64,000 nt of DNA, from the sequence record PQ015378.1. One strand, 5' to 3'. Under the pieces are notes generated by a model. It ran no database searches. It was not told the DNA's origin and was given only the letters and a program-made list of their open reading frames with translations. The first letter of the stretch is position 1, and each line of letters starts with the position of its first letter. Below, one piece after another: positions 10,070 to 19,608 of this stretch. The position numbers were made by a program, and so were the translations under genes.

Positions 10070-10097
10070 GGCTCTCCCTTCGGGGAGAGCCCTATGC
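10070..10097 (+). terminator. Hairpin terminator
   Basis: GGCTCTCCC-ttcg-GGGAGAGCC-ctatgc. Confidence 0.75.
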
Positions 10098-10137
10098 CAG
10101 ATCTTATGATCCATATTTTTTTTTCAAGGAGCGCAAA

Positions 10138-11250
10138 ATGGCAGCCTTAGCTTTACCGTCATTCCTGGGTTCACCCGAGGATGCAACGAAAGTTGTAGAC
10201 GCATACGGCGAAACAAGTTCAGAACAACGCAGTGCCCTGTCATCCAAGATTGATTCGTTCACATCTGGCTTGGGAGACGTTTTCGACAAAGCGGTCGGCA
10301 TCACCAAGGGTATCGGAGAAAAGCTCCGTACGAACGTTGTAGACCTCCCCTCGGCTATGAAACGTATTGACCGTGCACTCAAGGGTTCACGTACAGATAT
10401 CGTGAGTCTCGCTAAGTCAACTGAGAAGTTGATCATGGGTGAACTGACTGGTACTGATGCCAACACCAACTACGTGAAGACAGCTACCGACGTAGCTCGT
10501 GGTTTGGAGTTGATGACTTCAGACGGCAAACAACTGATCGACTCGTTCAAGAACGGAGGCTATGATCAAGTCTCGGCAATGGTTGGGTTCATTGGTGACC
10601 TAACTAACAACCCAGCAATCAAACTGTTTGATCTGGGGGCGGAAGCAGCAGTACTACGGGGCGTCCTCGATGAAGTCAGTTCGTGGGGTATCCCGCAGCT
10701 GGTAGATGACGTTCTCAAACAACAACCCGATCGCACGAAGTATGCGGTCATCAAGCGTTCGGCTTCTCGTATCTCCGCATCGAGTTCGTTGGATGTACTC
10801 CTTGCTTACGCTAAGGTGAACAACTCCACGCAGATCGGATGCAAAGCGGGCACCGGGGGAGAGAATAAAGATGATGAAGGCAATCTTATTCCATGTGAAC
10901 CCATTTACGGAAACCTGGGAGCAGGCGCACTACAAGCTGCAGTACCAGACTTCGCAACTAAAGTCCTCTCTAACTTTGCATTTGTTGATGGCATTACCCC
11001 TGGTGATTATCCATCTCAACTGGCTAAGCTCGAAGAACTTCTGAACCTGTTGAAACCCGATTGGTTCTGGACTCGTCGTGGTACACAGGCCGTATGGAAC
11101 CTGGGACCTATCGCGCAGGCCTCAGAAGACGCTGTGAAGCTGTTCCTGTCTTCGGACAAGTATCGCAACGCCATGCTGACTGCGCCGTTCTATCAGCCTC
11201 TCCGTATCGATGAGCTGGTTAACACGATGTATCCACTTACCACGGACTAA
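10138..11250 (+). CDS. Virion structural protein (phiKZ gp174-like)
   Basis: 370 aa, SD AAGGAG; synteny next to the prohead protease. Confidence 0.55.
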   Translation: MAALALPSFLGSPEDATKVVDAYGETSSEQRSALSSKIDSFTSGLGDVFDKAVGITKGIGEKLRTNVVDLPSAMKRIDRALKGSRTDIVSLAKSTEKLIMGELTGTDANTNYVKTATDVARGLELMTSDGKQLIDSFKNGGYDQVSAMVGFIGDLTNNPAIKLFDLGAEAAVLRGVLDEVSSWGIPQLVDDVLKQQPDRTKYAVIKRSASRISASSSLDVLLAYAKVNNSTQIGCKAGTGGENKDDEGNLIPCEPIYGNLGAGALQAAVPDFATKVLSNFAFVDGITPGDYPSQLAKLEELLNLLKPDWFWTRRGTQAVWNLGPIAQASEDAVKLFLSSDKYRNAMLTAPFYQPLRIDELVNTMYPLTTD

Positions 11251-11252
11251 AT

Positions 11253-11696
11253 ATGAAAGCGATCTTGGTTATGGGTAATCCGACGTATATCGGTACTCCG
11301 GTTGCAAAGAAGTATTACGCCGACATCATTAAGTTCGTTCAGAAACTGGGAGTTGACATAACAACGGACCCTGGTGCAGAGTATACGTGTCCACCGAGGG
11401 CAGACTTCTATATCGCTCACTCGAAAGGGTGCGATCGCCAGCGTTGTGCAATCTCTCGGGGACAAGTGAAAGACTTCCTGATGTTCGGTGATGCTGAAGG
11501 TTACATTCACCCTGTTGATCTAGAGTGGCAAAGAAACAACCCTCCCACAGGTCAATATAATCCTCCACCAAATGAACATTTTCTGTTCACCCCAGAACAG
11601 CAACGAGCTATTGTTGAGAAGGTAGAGGAACTAGAGAGACGTGGTGCACCTACACGTCAGGATGCCAAGAATGGTCGACCTAGACCAAAAGGCTAA
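11253..11696 (+). CDS. Hypothetical protein with HSxG (alpha/beta-hydrolase-like) motif
   Basis: 147 aa; FYIAHSKG; atypical AT-richer codon usage. Confidence 0.45.
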   Translation: MKAILVMGNPTYIGTPVAKKYYADIIKFVQKLGVDITTDPGAEYTCPPRADFYIAHSKGCDRQRCAISRGQVKDFLMFGDAEGYIHPVDLEWQRNNPPTGQYNPPPNEHFLFTPEQQRAIVEKVEELERRGAPTRQDAKNGRPRPKG

Positions 11697-11699
11697 TGC

Positions 11700-11734
11700 G
11701 ACATAATGGCTTCCCTTCGGGGAAGCCTTATGCC
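11700..11734. terminator. Bidirectional hairpin terminator
   Basis: gacataat-GGCTTCCC-ttcg-GGGAAGCC-ttatgcc followed by a T run; convergent genes. Confidence 0.85.
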
Positions 11735-11745
11735 GTGTTTTTTTT

Positions 11746-12579
11746 TTATCGCATGAAACCAGGGCGACGAGTACGTTCTTTCGTACGTTCCCAACCCAGC
11801 GATTTCACCAGATCATCCACGTCGAGGTGCGAAGCCGATTCCAGGCCGAGACGTTTCCGTTTGGCTTGTTCGTCTTGCATTGCCCACAGAGTGGTTGGAT
11901 TGATATCCATCTCGAAGTGTTTGATTTCGCCACTAACATCGGTAAAGCTTTCGAGTGCAGGCGAGTTGTGCTTGCCAGCAACGAAGATACCACCTTCACC
12001 AACGAAGTCCCAGGTAGAGATTTCACGGGTGTACTTGATACCACGCATTACGTCGTCTTGTGTGATCGAACGTACGGAGCAGTAGGTGTTGATGTGTGGG
12101 TTGTTCAGCGAGTCACGGAACACATGGCCGAATGGACCGTAAGGGATAGCTTCTGCAATCACGAAGATACAGTTGCGACCTTGCTCGTCCTTACCCGGTA
12201 CCAGAGTCAGTGCACGGATATGTGCACAAACGCGATCGTCATCGATCTTACGGATACGGTTCAGGTATTCACGGTCATCCATCATCGAACCATCCTTACG
12301 GTAAGGCTCGGGGTGTTTGAACTCCATGAACAGAACTTGCTTCTTCAGTCGACGCATGAGAGGACTATCAGGAGCAAACATGGCTTGGCCAGACGCTGCA
12401 TCGTAGAACATGCCAGCGGAGTTGTGGGTGCCATAAGCACCAACGCAGAGAGTGTAATACCCATCTGCGTCGGGAGTCAGGATGCCTTTCTTGCCACCGG
12501 CTTGCAGCATGCTGCCGCCGATGCGAACTTGGTTACCGGATTGCTTGTTGACACCGTAAAGATCTAGAGCTGCGCTCAT
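11746..12579 (-). CDS. Prohead (head maturation) protease, phiKZ gp175-like
   Basis: 277 aa; MEFKHP (His) and CSVRS (Ser) candidates, TWDFV.E.G motif; C-terminal ALE/GLE self-cleavage-like sites. Synteny. Confidence 0.8.
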   Translation of the reverse strand: MSAALDLYGVNKQSGNQVRIGGSMLQAGGKKGILTPDADGYYTLCVGAYGTHNSAGMFYDAASGQAMFAPDSPLMRRLKKQVLFMEFKHPEPYRKDGSMMDDREYLNRIRKIDDDRVCAHIRALTLVPGKDEQGRNCIFVIAEAIPYGPFGHVFRDSLNNPHINTYCSVRSITQDDVMRGIKYTREISTWDFVGEGGIFVAGKHNSPALESFTDVSGEIKHFEMDINPTTLWAMQDEQAKRKRLGLESASHLDVDDLVKSLGWERTKERTRRPGFMR

Positions 12580-12589
12580 AGTGGTTTCC

Positions 12590-13306
12590 TTAGGTGCGGA
12601 GAATTTCTTCGATCAGTTCGACGGACTCACTTGGGTTCACTACCGCCGTGTTGATTGCGTCAGGGAAATAAGCACCGTTCATTCGGCTGGTCGTGTCAGA
12701 GGTGTTCCATACCACAGAGCGGAAAGGAATAACCTTGGGTGGGTTGGTAACAACGTCTTCGTGTTTGTTCAGGATGTGCCGATACAAACGCGTGAGGTCG
12801 TCTTTATCTCGTGCAGTGGTCGAGATGATCAGTTCCAGGATGGCGCGAGAGCCGAGGTTTACACCAGCATGCAGCTGTGCAGTTTCGAACATCTTCGACA
12901 TGTCGTAGTAGTTCATATACCATGGAATGTTCCCCTTAGCAACGAGTTCGTCGTAAAGGTAATAAGTCAGGGTATCGTTAACTACCAGATGGCGGTTAAC
13001 GAACACTACGTCACCGGGCTCAAAAGAGAACTCGATGTAGTCGGTACCTTGGATAGATACCTTCTTGGTGGAACTGGGGCGAATCTGCATCATGGCGATC
13101 GTATTGTCTACACCGTAATAGGAGTCTTCCATGATGATCCCGTAGAACCCAACGATAAAGACTTCAGAACCCAGGATCGCCAGGTCCTTATTCTGAAATC
13201 GTTGAGGTACGTGGATCTTGGTTGGGACGTCCGTTACAGTCGTCCCATCCTCCATCAGGTGCAGATGCGAAAGCACACGAGCTGCATCACGAGTGAATGT
13301 AGCCAT
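12590..13306 (-). CDS. Virion protein, phiKZ gp176-like; probable C-terminal beta' fragment of virion RNAP
   Basis: 238 aa; C-terminus (SDTTSRMNGAYFPDAINTAVVNPSESVELIEEIL) loosely resembles the beta' C-terminus. Synteny. Confidence 0.5.
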   Translation of the reverse strand: MATFTRDAARVLSHLHLMEDGTTVTDVPTKIHVPQRFQNKDLAILGSEVFIVGFYGIIMEDSYYGVDNTIAMMQIRPSSTKKVSIQGTDYIEFSFEPGDVVFVNRHLVVNDTLTYYLYDELVAKGNIPWYMNYYDMSKMFETAQLHAGVNLGSRAILELIISTTARDKDDLTRLYRHILNKHEDVVTNPPKVIPFRSVVWNTSDTTSRMNGAYFPDAINTAVVNPSESVELIEEILRT

Positions 13307-13316
13307 GTGCTACTCC

Positions 13317-14942
13317 TTAGGCAGTTTCTTCTTCCGACTCATCGTCACCGGCTGGTTCCATGTCCAGTTCCGATTCTTCGTCGTCATCAGTCGATTCCTC
13401 TACCAGAGGACCTTCGCCAGTTGCAGCGTCAGCGATAGCCGACTCTGCTTCACCACCGGTTGGTTCTTCCAGAGGCTGGGCTGGAGCTTCAGCAACTTCT
13501 GGTTTGAAGCGTTCAACACGGATCTGACCAGCAGCCCATGCAGCGTACAGCGAGAACAGAGCCTGAGTAGACAGTTCACGGTTGGACGGACGGACATCAC
13601 CATCAGCTTCTTGAGCGCACTGATCCATGGTGCACATGTAATCCCAGTAGGTGGACTCTGGGAAGTAGATCGAGCAGATCAGTTTGCCGAATGCCAGGAA
13701 CTCGTTGCAGAGTTGTTCTGGACGAACACCACGAATGGCGTCTTGGACTTTCTCACGCAGGCCTTCCACTTGCAGGTCACCCAGGGTACCCTGGACAGCT
13801 TGCGCGCAGAACGATTCGATCATGTCTTTCCGACGGCTACGCTCAGCGTTGTCGCTGGCGGCAGCTTGGATCAGCGGATAGACGGCCTGGAACTTCTGAA
13901 TGAAGTAAGTCTGACGCTCGGCCAGACGAGCGATGGTTTGAGTACCTTCGGTTTCCAGAGCGGAACCCAGGACCGCAGACAGATCACCACCAGCAGCTTT
14001 CCACTGTGGCTCGACGTCACCGTTCAGGTAAACGACCAGACGACGGTTCTCGATTGCATTGCTCGATTCGGAGCGCAGGATCAGAACACCGTTACGCATG
14101 TCTTCAGCACGACGCATGTAAGCACGCATTACATACGCACCCAGCATTTCGTGAAGCATGCGCAGAGTGTGATACCACTCTTCTTCGGTAACCGATTCCG
14201 CAACCACGTCGCATGGGTTCTCGGACAGGTGACCACACAGGAAGTAGGCCAGCAGCAGAGCATCGACGTTGAACGGAGCACCCTGAATGAATGGCAGTTC
14301 GCCAACAGCCAGAGCTTTGTTACGGTTGAACAGAGCCGAGTAGGTCTGCGAGATAACTTCTGGATCAACAGTCAGCAACCATTCGGTTACTTGTTCGCGC
14401 TCAGCGTGCGGGTTGTTGACAGCGACCATCTCGATGATCTCTTCCACCGACGCAGCATGCAGGATGAAGGTACGGTAGTTGGCCTGTGGGTTCACCGATG
14501 CATAGTTCTGCAGGTGAGCGGTCAGGCGAGGTTCCGAGTGGATCGGGTTGTAGCGGAAAACATCAGCACGGACGTCTGCCGAGGTCGAGGTCTGTTGACG
14601 TTCATTGAAGTCACGGACCATCGAATCGATCGCTGGGCAAACGACGTTGTTGACGTTGTACAAGATCTTGGCCAGGGCACCAGATACCAGAGAGGTCAGG
14701 TCAGCCCCAACCTCTTCTTCGGTAACAACAGCTTCGTCGTTCATTTGCTCGAAGTGTTCTTCAACAGCGGCAGTCATCTCAGGAGTGACTTCGGTGTTGG
14801 TTGGTGCTTGGTCAGGTGTGTAGCCTTGCGCAAACTGAGCCACTGGGAACTCTGGGTTTGGCACGACCAGAACTTGACTGGATTCAGTCAGTTGCTGTGC
14901 GATCAGTTTAACCGACTGCACGGTAGTGGAGATGTCAGACAT
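13317..14942 (-). CDS. Virion head protein, phiKZ gp177-like
   Basis: 541 aa with acidic C-terminal tail; synteny. Confidence 0.55.
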   Translation of the reverse strand: MSDISTTVQSVKLIAQQLTESSQVLVVPNPEFPVAQFAQGYTPDQAPTNTEVTPEMTAAVEEHFEQMNDEAVVTEEEVGADLTSLVSGALAKILYNVNNVVCPAIDSMVRDFNERQQTSTSADVRADVFRYNPIHSEPRLTAHLQNYASVNPQANYRTFILHAASVEEIIEMVAVNNPHAEREQVTEWLLTVDPEVISQTYSALFNRNKALAVGELPFIQGAPFNVDALLLAYFLCGHLSENPCDVVAESVTEEEWYHTLRMLHEMLGAYVMRAYMRRAEDMRNGVLILRSESSNAIENRRLVVYLNGDVEPQWKAAGGDLSAVLGSALETEGTQTIARLAERQTYFIQKFQAVYPLIQAAASDNAERSRRKDMIESFCAQAVQGTLGDLQVEGLREKVQDAIRGVRPEQLCNEFLAFGKLICSIYFPESTYWDYMCTMDQCAQEADGDVRPSNRELSTQALFSLYAAWAAGQIRVERFKPEVAEAPAQPLEEPTGGEAESAIADAATGEGPLVEESTDDDEESELDMEPAGDDESEEETA

Positions 14943-14951
14943 GTGAGTTCC

Positions 14952-15149
14952 TTAGATAGCCAGGTGTTTAGCGATTCGTGCAGCCAGGGCTTCCTGGATG
15001 TCTTGTTCGGTCAGGAACACGCCGTTGATGGTGGACGAAGAGTGTTCGGTGCCCAGGATGCGGACGATAGCGTCCGCACCCAGTTTGACGGCAGCAGCCA
15101 GAATCTGGAGATTCTGACCGTGGGCGACGTTGTTACTTAGACTTTGCAT
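14952..15149 (-). CDS. Small hypothetical protein (65 aa)
   Basis: ATG 15149 with SD GAGGA; overlaps the RNAP beta stop by 17 nt. Confidence 0.65.
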   Translation of the reverse strand: MQSLSNNVAHGQNLQILAAAVKLGADAIVRILGTEHSSSTINGVFLTEQDIQEALAARIAKHLAI

Positions 15150-18100
15150 TTGCGGTTCCTCTGTAGACTGCAGCGATGTGCTTGGACAATTGCGCAAGGA
15201 GAATTGTGGTGGTGCCGATCAGTTTAGGGCTCAGTACCATCCGTTCTTCAACGGAGGTGTTACCGAAGATCAGATCGATATCCAGACCAGACTTGGTTTG
15301 GTTCGTGCCTTTCATCACACGGGAGAATACGGTCTTCATCTGGTTAGCAACCACACCTTTGTCACCAACACCGCAAGGGATGTCGTGATCGATGTAGAAG
15401 TTGATTACCATCGAATCCATTTCCAGGCCTTGACCACGTACGCGGTATTCGTGATCCACTTCGCCAGAGAAGTATTGTTGACCACGGGCCTTCGCTTCTG
15501 CTTCACGATTCTTGTCAGACTCGAAAGCAATACGACGGAGCGAATCAGACATGCTATCACGATCGCCGTGATAGAAGCATTCGATCTTCGAGATGTTACC
15601 CACGACTTTCGCACGTGGGGAGTAGTTCGACAGTCGAGCGAGGGTTTCGCGCGATACTTCGTCAAACACTGAGCCACCACCCGAATCGGGGTCGATAATC
15701 GTACATAGAATTGAATCCAAGTCCACGTGTTCACCGACTTTGACCATTCCTTCCAAGCTCTGTTCGAACTTGACGGTTACCGATTTCACCTTGGTGGTTT
15801 GAGTGTTCAGCAGTTTTGCTGCACGCTCAGAGATTACCGAACCGTCCTCCAGGGTATCGAGGTTGTCCGAGAACGCGACGATCGAGTTGACACCAGCTTT
15901 CCAGATTACCTGCCCAGGAGACATGCGATCCGGTGTGAAGTACTTCTCGTTATACGCCAGGGTTTGGCCACGTTTGAAAGTGTCACCAGCCTTCAGGTCT
16001 GAGACGATGGAATGCGGGTAATGGACACCTGCTGCACTTCCGTGGATCTTACCCATTTGGTACGATGTAGTTTCACCATTAGCGTACTCGACAGTGATGC
16101 CATGCTCGCTAACGGCAATGACCTTACCGTCGTCTTCTGCAGCCGAAGCAAAGATGCTACTCGTCCGCTGGGCCACAATCTGCTCATAACCCGTGCGAAG
16201 AGGTGTTGGTTCATAGCCATCTGCATAAATCCCTTGTTGTTGCTGAATGGAGATGAAGTTAATACGCTTGGTATCGTCATTGGTCGTAGCCACACCCAAC
16301 AGGGCACAGGTAGACAACTGTCGAGCCGGACCGTCAGTGGTCGGATCAAACGGACGAGTAGTACCACGCATACCCGAGAAGTTGGCATCAGGAGTCAGGT
16401 AAGCGATCACACCTACGTCGCCGGAGTCAACCGTCGATTCAGAGATCACACCTACGTCAGCCTGACCGTACACACGAGTACGTGCCACCATCGAGGTAGT
16501 CGAACGACCACCATCACCGCGATAAGTCATCGACTCTTGTTCACGGATGTTTGCCAGTGGGTTGGAATCTTCCACAACCATTACGGTTGGGTCTTGACAG
16601 ATCTTCTTCCACACTGCCGATGGGTCCATCTGAACTTGAACAGCAGCAGAACCAGTGGCGCCATTGAAACGCTTCACCGCTTTGTTCAGTTCGTTATAGA
16701 CAGTACCAGCCATACGTTCGTAACCACGGTAACGCATGTACGCACCGTCAACCTCAGCAGGAGACCAGTCGATCAGTAGCATCTCTACTGCACGATACAA
16801 CAGTGCATCGAACGTAGTAGGCTCACCCATCTCTTTCAACAGACCTTCAGTGATCGGGTCCATCCACGAAGTGAACAGGGCATCGATCTCTTTAGTGAAG
16901 CGAGTGGTCATGCCAGTTTCCAACAGCAGTCGCTGATAGACGTCTGGTTTATCGAAGTCGTAGATGGAGAAGTTTGGCATCAGTTTGGCGTACTTACGGA
17001 AGCCACCCAATACCAGCTGCGTTTTGTAATCCGAACGATCGAACACCAACACTTCGTCCTGGAAGGCCAGGATATAGTTGTCGGCAGTCAACGGGATACG
17101 CTCACCACGGCGGTGACGAGAGAACTTCGAACCCAAACGCTTGAGCACATTACTGAGACCGTACTTGTAACCGAGCACGAAGCCCATAGGGAGGTCTTTG
17201 GCACCGATGGTTACATAGACTGCTTCCAGCGGAGCTTTGCTCTGATCGAGACCCAGGAGCTCTACGATGCTACCGAGTGGTTCCAGGTTATTCCCTTCCT
17301 TCACATAGAACTGCCCGATCTTATCCAACAGAATTGGATTCTTGCCAGCATGGAGACCAGCAAAGGTGAGTCGGTTGGTTTCATGTGCCTTGACATCGAT
17401 CTTGTGCTTCTTCTCGAAGTACTCGATGCGGTCAGCATAGTTGAAGTACAGGAACAGGTTACCCGAAGTGAAACCACGGAACGCGGTACCCAACTGAGTA
17501 TAGACCCGTGGGAGTGCGAATGCCGATTGGTCCAGCTCAGCGTAGAGAACGTTAGTGATGCGATCATCTTCTGGGTTCAGTGCACGGGCACGGATCTCAC
17601 GAGTAATCCACAGGTCGTAGTTGTGAGCAGCGAGCTCGCTACGAGTCACGAACGTTTTGTTGTAGTACGAGGTCATCGCTACAGCGGTAGGCTTCACCTT
17701 ACGGATCGGCAAGTCAGCGCGCTGCATACGCATCCGGTAAGTAACACCGTTGGAGATGAAACGACCATCACGGTCAACCACTGGTACACGGAAGTAAACA
17801 GTACTGGCTTTACCACGAACAGGCTTCAGAGTCACCTTGTGGATTTCGTAGTGGTTCATTGCGTTACGCACTTCTTCCACTTCGTAACCCACTACGGAAG
17901 TACCTTGCTTCTGCACGGACAGAACAGCATTGATCATGTCTTTTTGGCGCAGGTGAGTTTGGTACTTACGTTGCATTGCTTTCAGCTTCGAACCCAGCAT
18001 CGATTTGTCGAGCACAGTTTCCGAATCTGCAAGAGTCACGTCTTCCGGCAAAGTGAAGTCTTCTTTCGAATACTCCATCGCTTCTTCTAACGACTTACCC

Positions 18101-19608
18101 GTGCCCCAAGGATCTTTGATCGACTTGTAGGACTGGGCATCAGCCATTGCCGTTTCGAACGTACGCGGAGCAATGATGCCCAGGCGGTACAGTTCGTAAG
18201 CAGGACCAGCTACGCCACCGACGAGCGGGGGCGCATCAGCCACGTCTGAAGGGATGGCATCGACTCTTTGATTCTCGACCTTAAGTTCCCGTGGCCGACT
18301 AGCCAGTTCAGTATCACCCTCAATTTCCAGCTTAGTGGTGAAGAGTTCCCCATCCGGCGGTGTAAAAGTCGCTCCACCATCGGAGAAGTCAAGGCTGGGG
18401 ACATTGAACGACGTCGGGAAGTCGTCTTCTTCGGCTTTAGGTCCAGCGTCGTCGCCTGCCACATCACCTTCGTCTGAATCCGGTTGTTCGGATTCGTCTT
18501 CCGCTTTGCCATCTTCCACCTCGTCTTCATCTTTGACATCAACCAGCTTGTCATGATTGATCGATTGACCCATGACTTCAGCTTGATGGTTGTACTCGGT
18601 CATTGCACCCAGTAGAGAAAGTACCCGACGTTGCATTACTGCAGGTGGGAAGAATGCTTCCATACCGAATGCAGAGATAAATGTTTCGAGTTCGTTCTGG
18701 TTGGCCAGACCGTACATCTCCATCGACTCGGTCAACTTGTTCTTGTTGAACATGTCGAATACGTCGTAGTTCTCCAGGGACGTGGTCACGGTGTTCATGA
18801 CAAACTTCTCGATGAAGTCTTCCATCGACACGTCTTCATCTTTCGACGAGTCACGCCATTCGTCCAGAGCACCCATGTTCAGAACAACGAACCGATCGCG
18901 AGCACGGACCAGGAACCAAACCTTGGAATACATGTCTGGTTCGACAACGTTCATGAACGAAGACTGACGGTTAGGACCGAGCCAACGATACAGGTCCCAG
19001 ATGGAGAACTGCTGTGGAGTGATGAACGTTTCCAGAGCAGTCTGGTTTTGGTTGTCAGCAAAACGTTTGAACTGTGCAAGCTCAGGCATCTTGTCTGGCA
19101 GGTGGATCTCAACGAACTGCTCCCAGCCGAAGCGGCGGTGCGAAGCCGCCACGTTCTGCCAGAAGGTGCGCTGGTCGTTAGCCCAGCGGTTGTAACCAGC
19201 CTTGAAGTTGTTCTGATAGATCCACTGAGGATCCAGCAGGTTATAGTTGAACACCATCACGTTGAGTGGGTTGATGGCCAACGCTTCATCTTTGGTCAGT
19301 GGCTTGAAGAAGGCGTTCCGCTGGCGGAACTCAGCCGCCAGCTTGGTGCCCGTCAGAGCAGACTTACGAGGGTTACCTTCCAGAGAAATCAGTTGGGTAA
19401 CGTGTTCGATGTAGACTTTTGCAGTGACCTTGTTGAAGATCGGGTCATTCTGCATTGGACCACGGACAGCTTGGTTGGGATCCCAGAAGTGGACTACCGA
19501 CCGTTGTGGCAGGAAGAACTTATTCTGGAGGTGGAGTTTGGGATGTTGAAGTTTGCCTTGTTCGAAGACAGTAAACTGTTTCCGAAACTGTTCAATGGCT
19601 AAGCGCAT
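15133..19608 (-). CDS. Virion RNA polymerase beta subunit (large part; phiKZ gp178-like)
   Basis: 1491 aa; beta motifs ESTVDSGDVG, TLEDGSVISE, GDKGVVANQMKTV, DLIFGNTSVEERM. Confidence 0.9.
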   Translation of the reverse strand: MRLAIEQFRKQFTVFEQGKLQHPKLHLQNKFFLPQRSVVHFWDPNQAVRGPMQNDPIFNKVTAKVYIEHVTQLISLEGNPRKSALTGTKLAAEFRQRNAFFKPLTKDEALAINPLNVMVFNYNLLDPQWIYQNNFKAGYNRWANDQRTFWQNVAASHRRFGWEQFVEIHLPDKMPELAQFKRFADNQNQTALETFITPQQFSIWDLYRWLGPNRQSSFMNVVEPDMYSKVWFLVRARDRFVVLNMGALDEWRDSSKDEDVSMEDFIEKFVMNTVTTSLENYDVFDMFNKNKLTESMEMYGLANQNELETFISAFGMEAFFPPAVMQRRVLSLLGAMTEYNHQAEVMGQSINHDKLVDVKDEDEVEDGKAEDESEQPDSDEGDVAGDDAGPKAEEDDFPTSFNVPSLDFSDGGATFTPPDGELFTTKLEIEGDTELASRPRELKVENQRVDAIPSDVADAPPLVGGVAGPAYELYRLGIIAPRTFETAMADAQSYKSIKDPWGTGKSLEEAMEYSKEDFTLPEDVTLADSETVLDKSMLGSKLKAMQRKYQTHLRQKDMINAVLSVQKQGTSVVGYEVEEVRNAMNHYEIHKVTLKPVRGKASTVYFRVPVVDRDGRFISNGVTYRMRMQRADLPIRKVKPTAVAMTSYYNKTFVTRSELAAHNYDLWITREIRARALNPEDDRITNVLYAELDQSAFALPRVYTQLGTAFRGFTSGNLFLYFNYADRIEYFEKKHKIDVKAHETNRLTFAGLHAGKNPILLDKIGQFYVKEGNNLEPLGSIVELLGLDQSKAPLEAVYVTIGAKDLPMGFVLGYKYGLSNVLKRLGSKFSRHRRGERIPLTADNYILAFQDEVLVFDRSDYKTQLVLGGFRKYAKLMPNFSIYDFDKPDVYQRLLLETGMTTRFTKEIDALFTSWMDPITEGLLKEMGEPTTFDALLYRAVEMLLIDWSPAEVDGAYMRYRGYERMAGTVYNELNKAVKRFNGATGSAAVQVQMDPSAVWKKICQDPTVMVVEDSNPLANIREQESMTYRGDGGRSTTSMVARTRVYGQADVGVISESTVDSGDVGVIAYLTPDANFSGMRGTTRPFDPTTDGPARQLSTCALLGVATTNDDTKRINFISIQQQQGIYADGYEPTPLRTGYEQIVAQRTSSIFASAAEDDGKVIAVSEHGITVEYANGETTSYQMGKIHGSAAGVHYPHSIVSDLKAGDTFKRGQTLAYNEKYFTPDRMSPGQVIWKAGVNSIVAFSDNLDTLEDGSVISERAAKLLNTQTTKVKSVTVKFEQSLEGMVKVGEHVDLDSILCTIIDPDSGGGSVFDEVSRETLARLSNYSPRAKVVGNISKIECFYHGDRDSMSDSLRRIAFESDKNREAEAKARGQQYFSGEVDHEYRVRGQGLEMDSMVINFYIDHDIPCGVGDKGVVANQMKTVFSRVMKGTNQTKSGLDIDLIFGNTSVEERMVLSPKLIGTTTILLAQLSKHIAAVYRGTANAKSK

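Noticed and set aside
13218-15140. 640-aa plus-strand ORF, and similar long antisense ORFs (720-1970, 12581-13438, 17113-18090, 26900-28252, 53462-55579)
   Set aside because: They are shadows of strongly codon-biased genes on the other strand, with no SD, no motifs and implausible composition.
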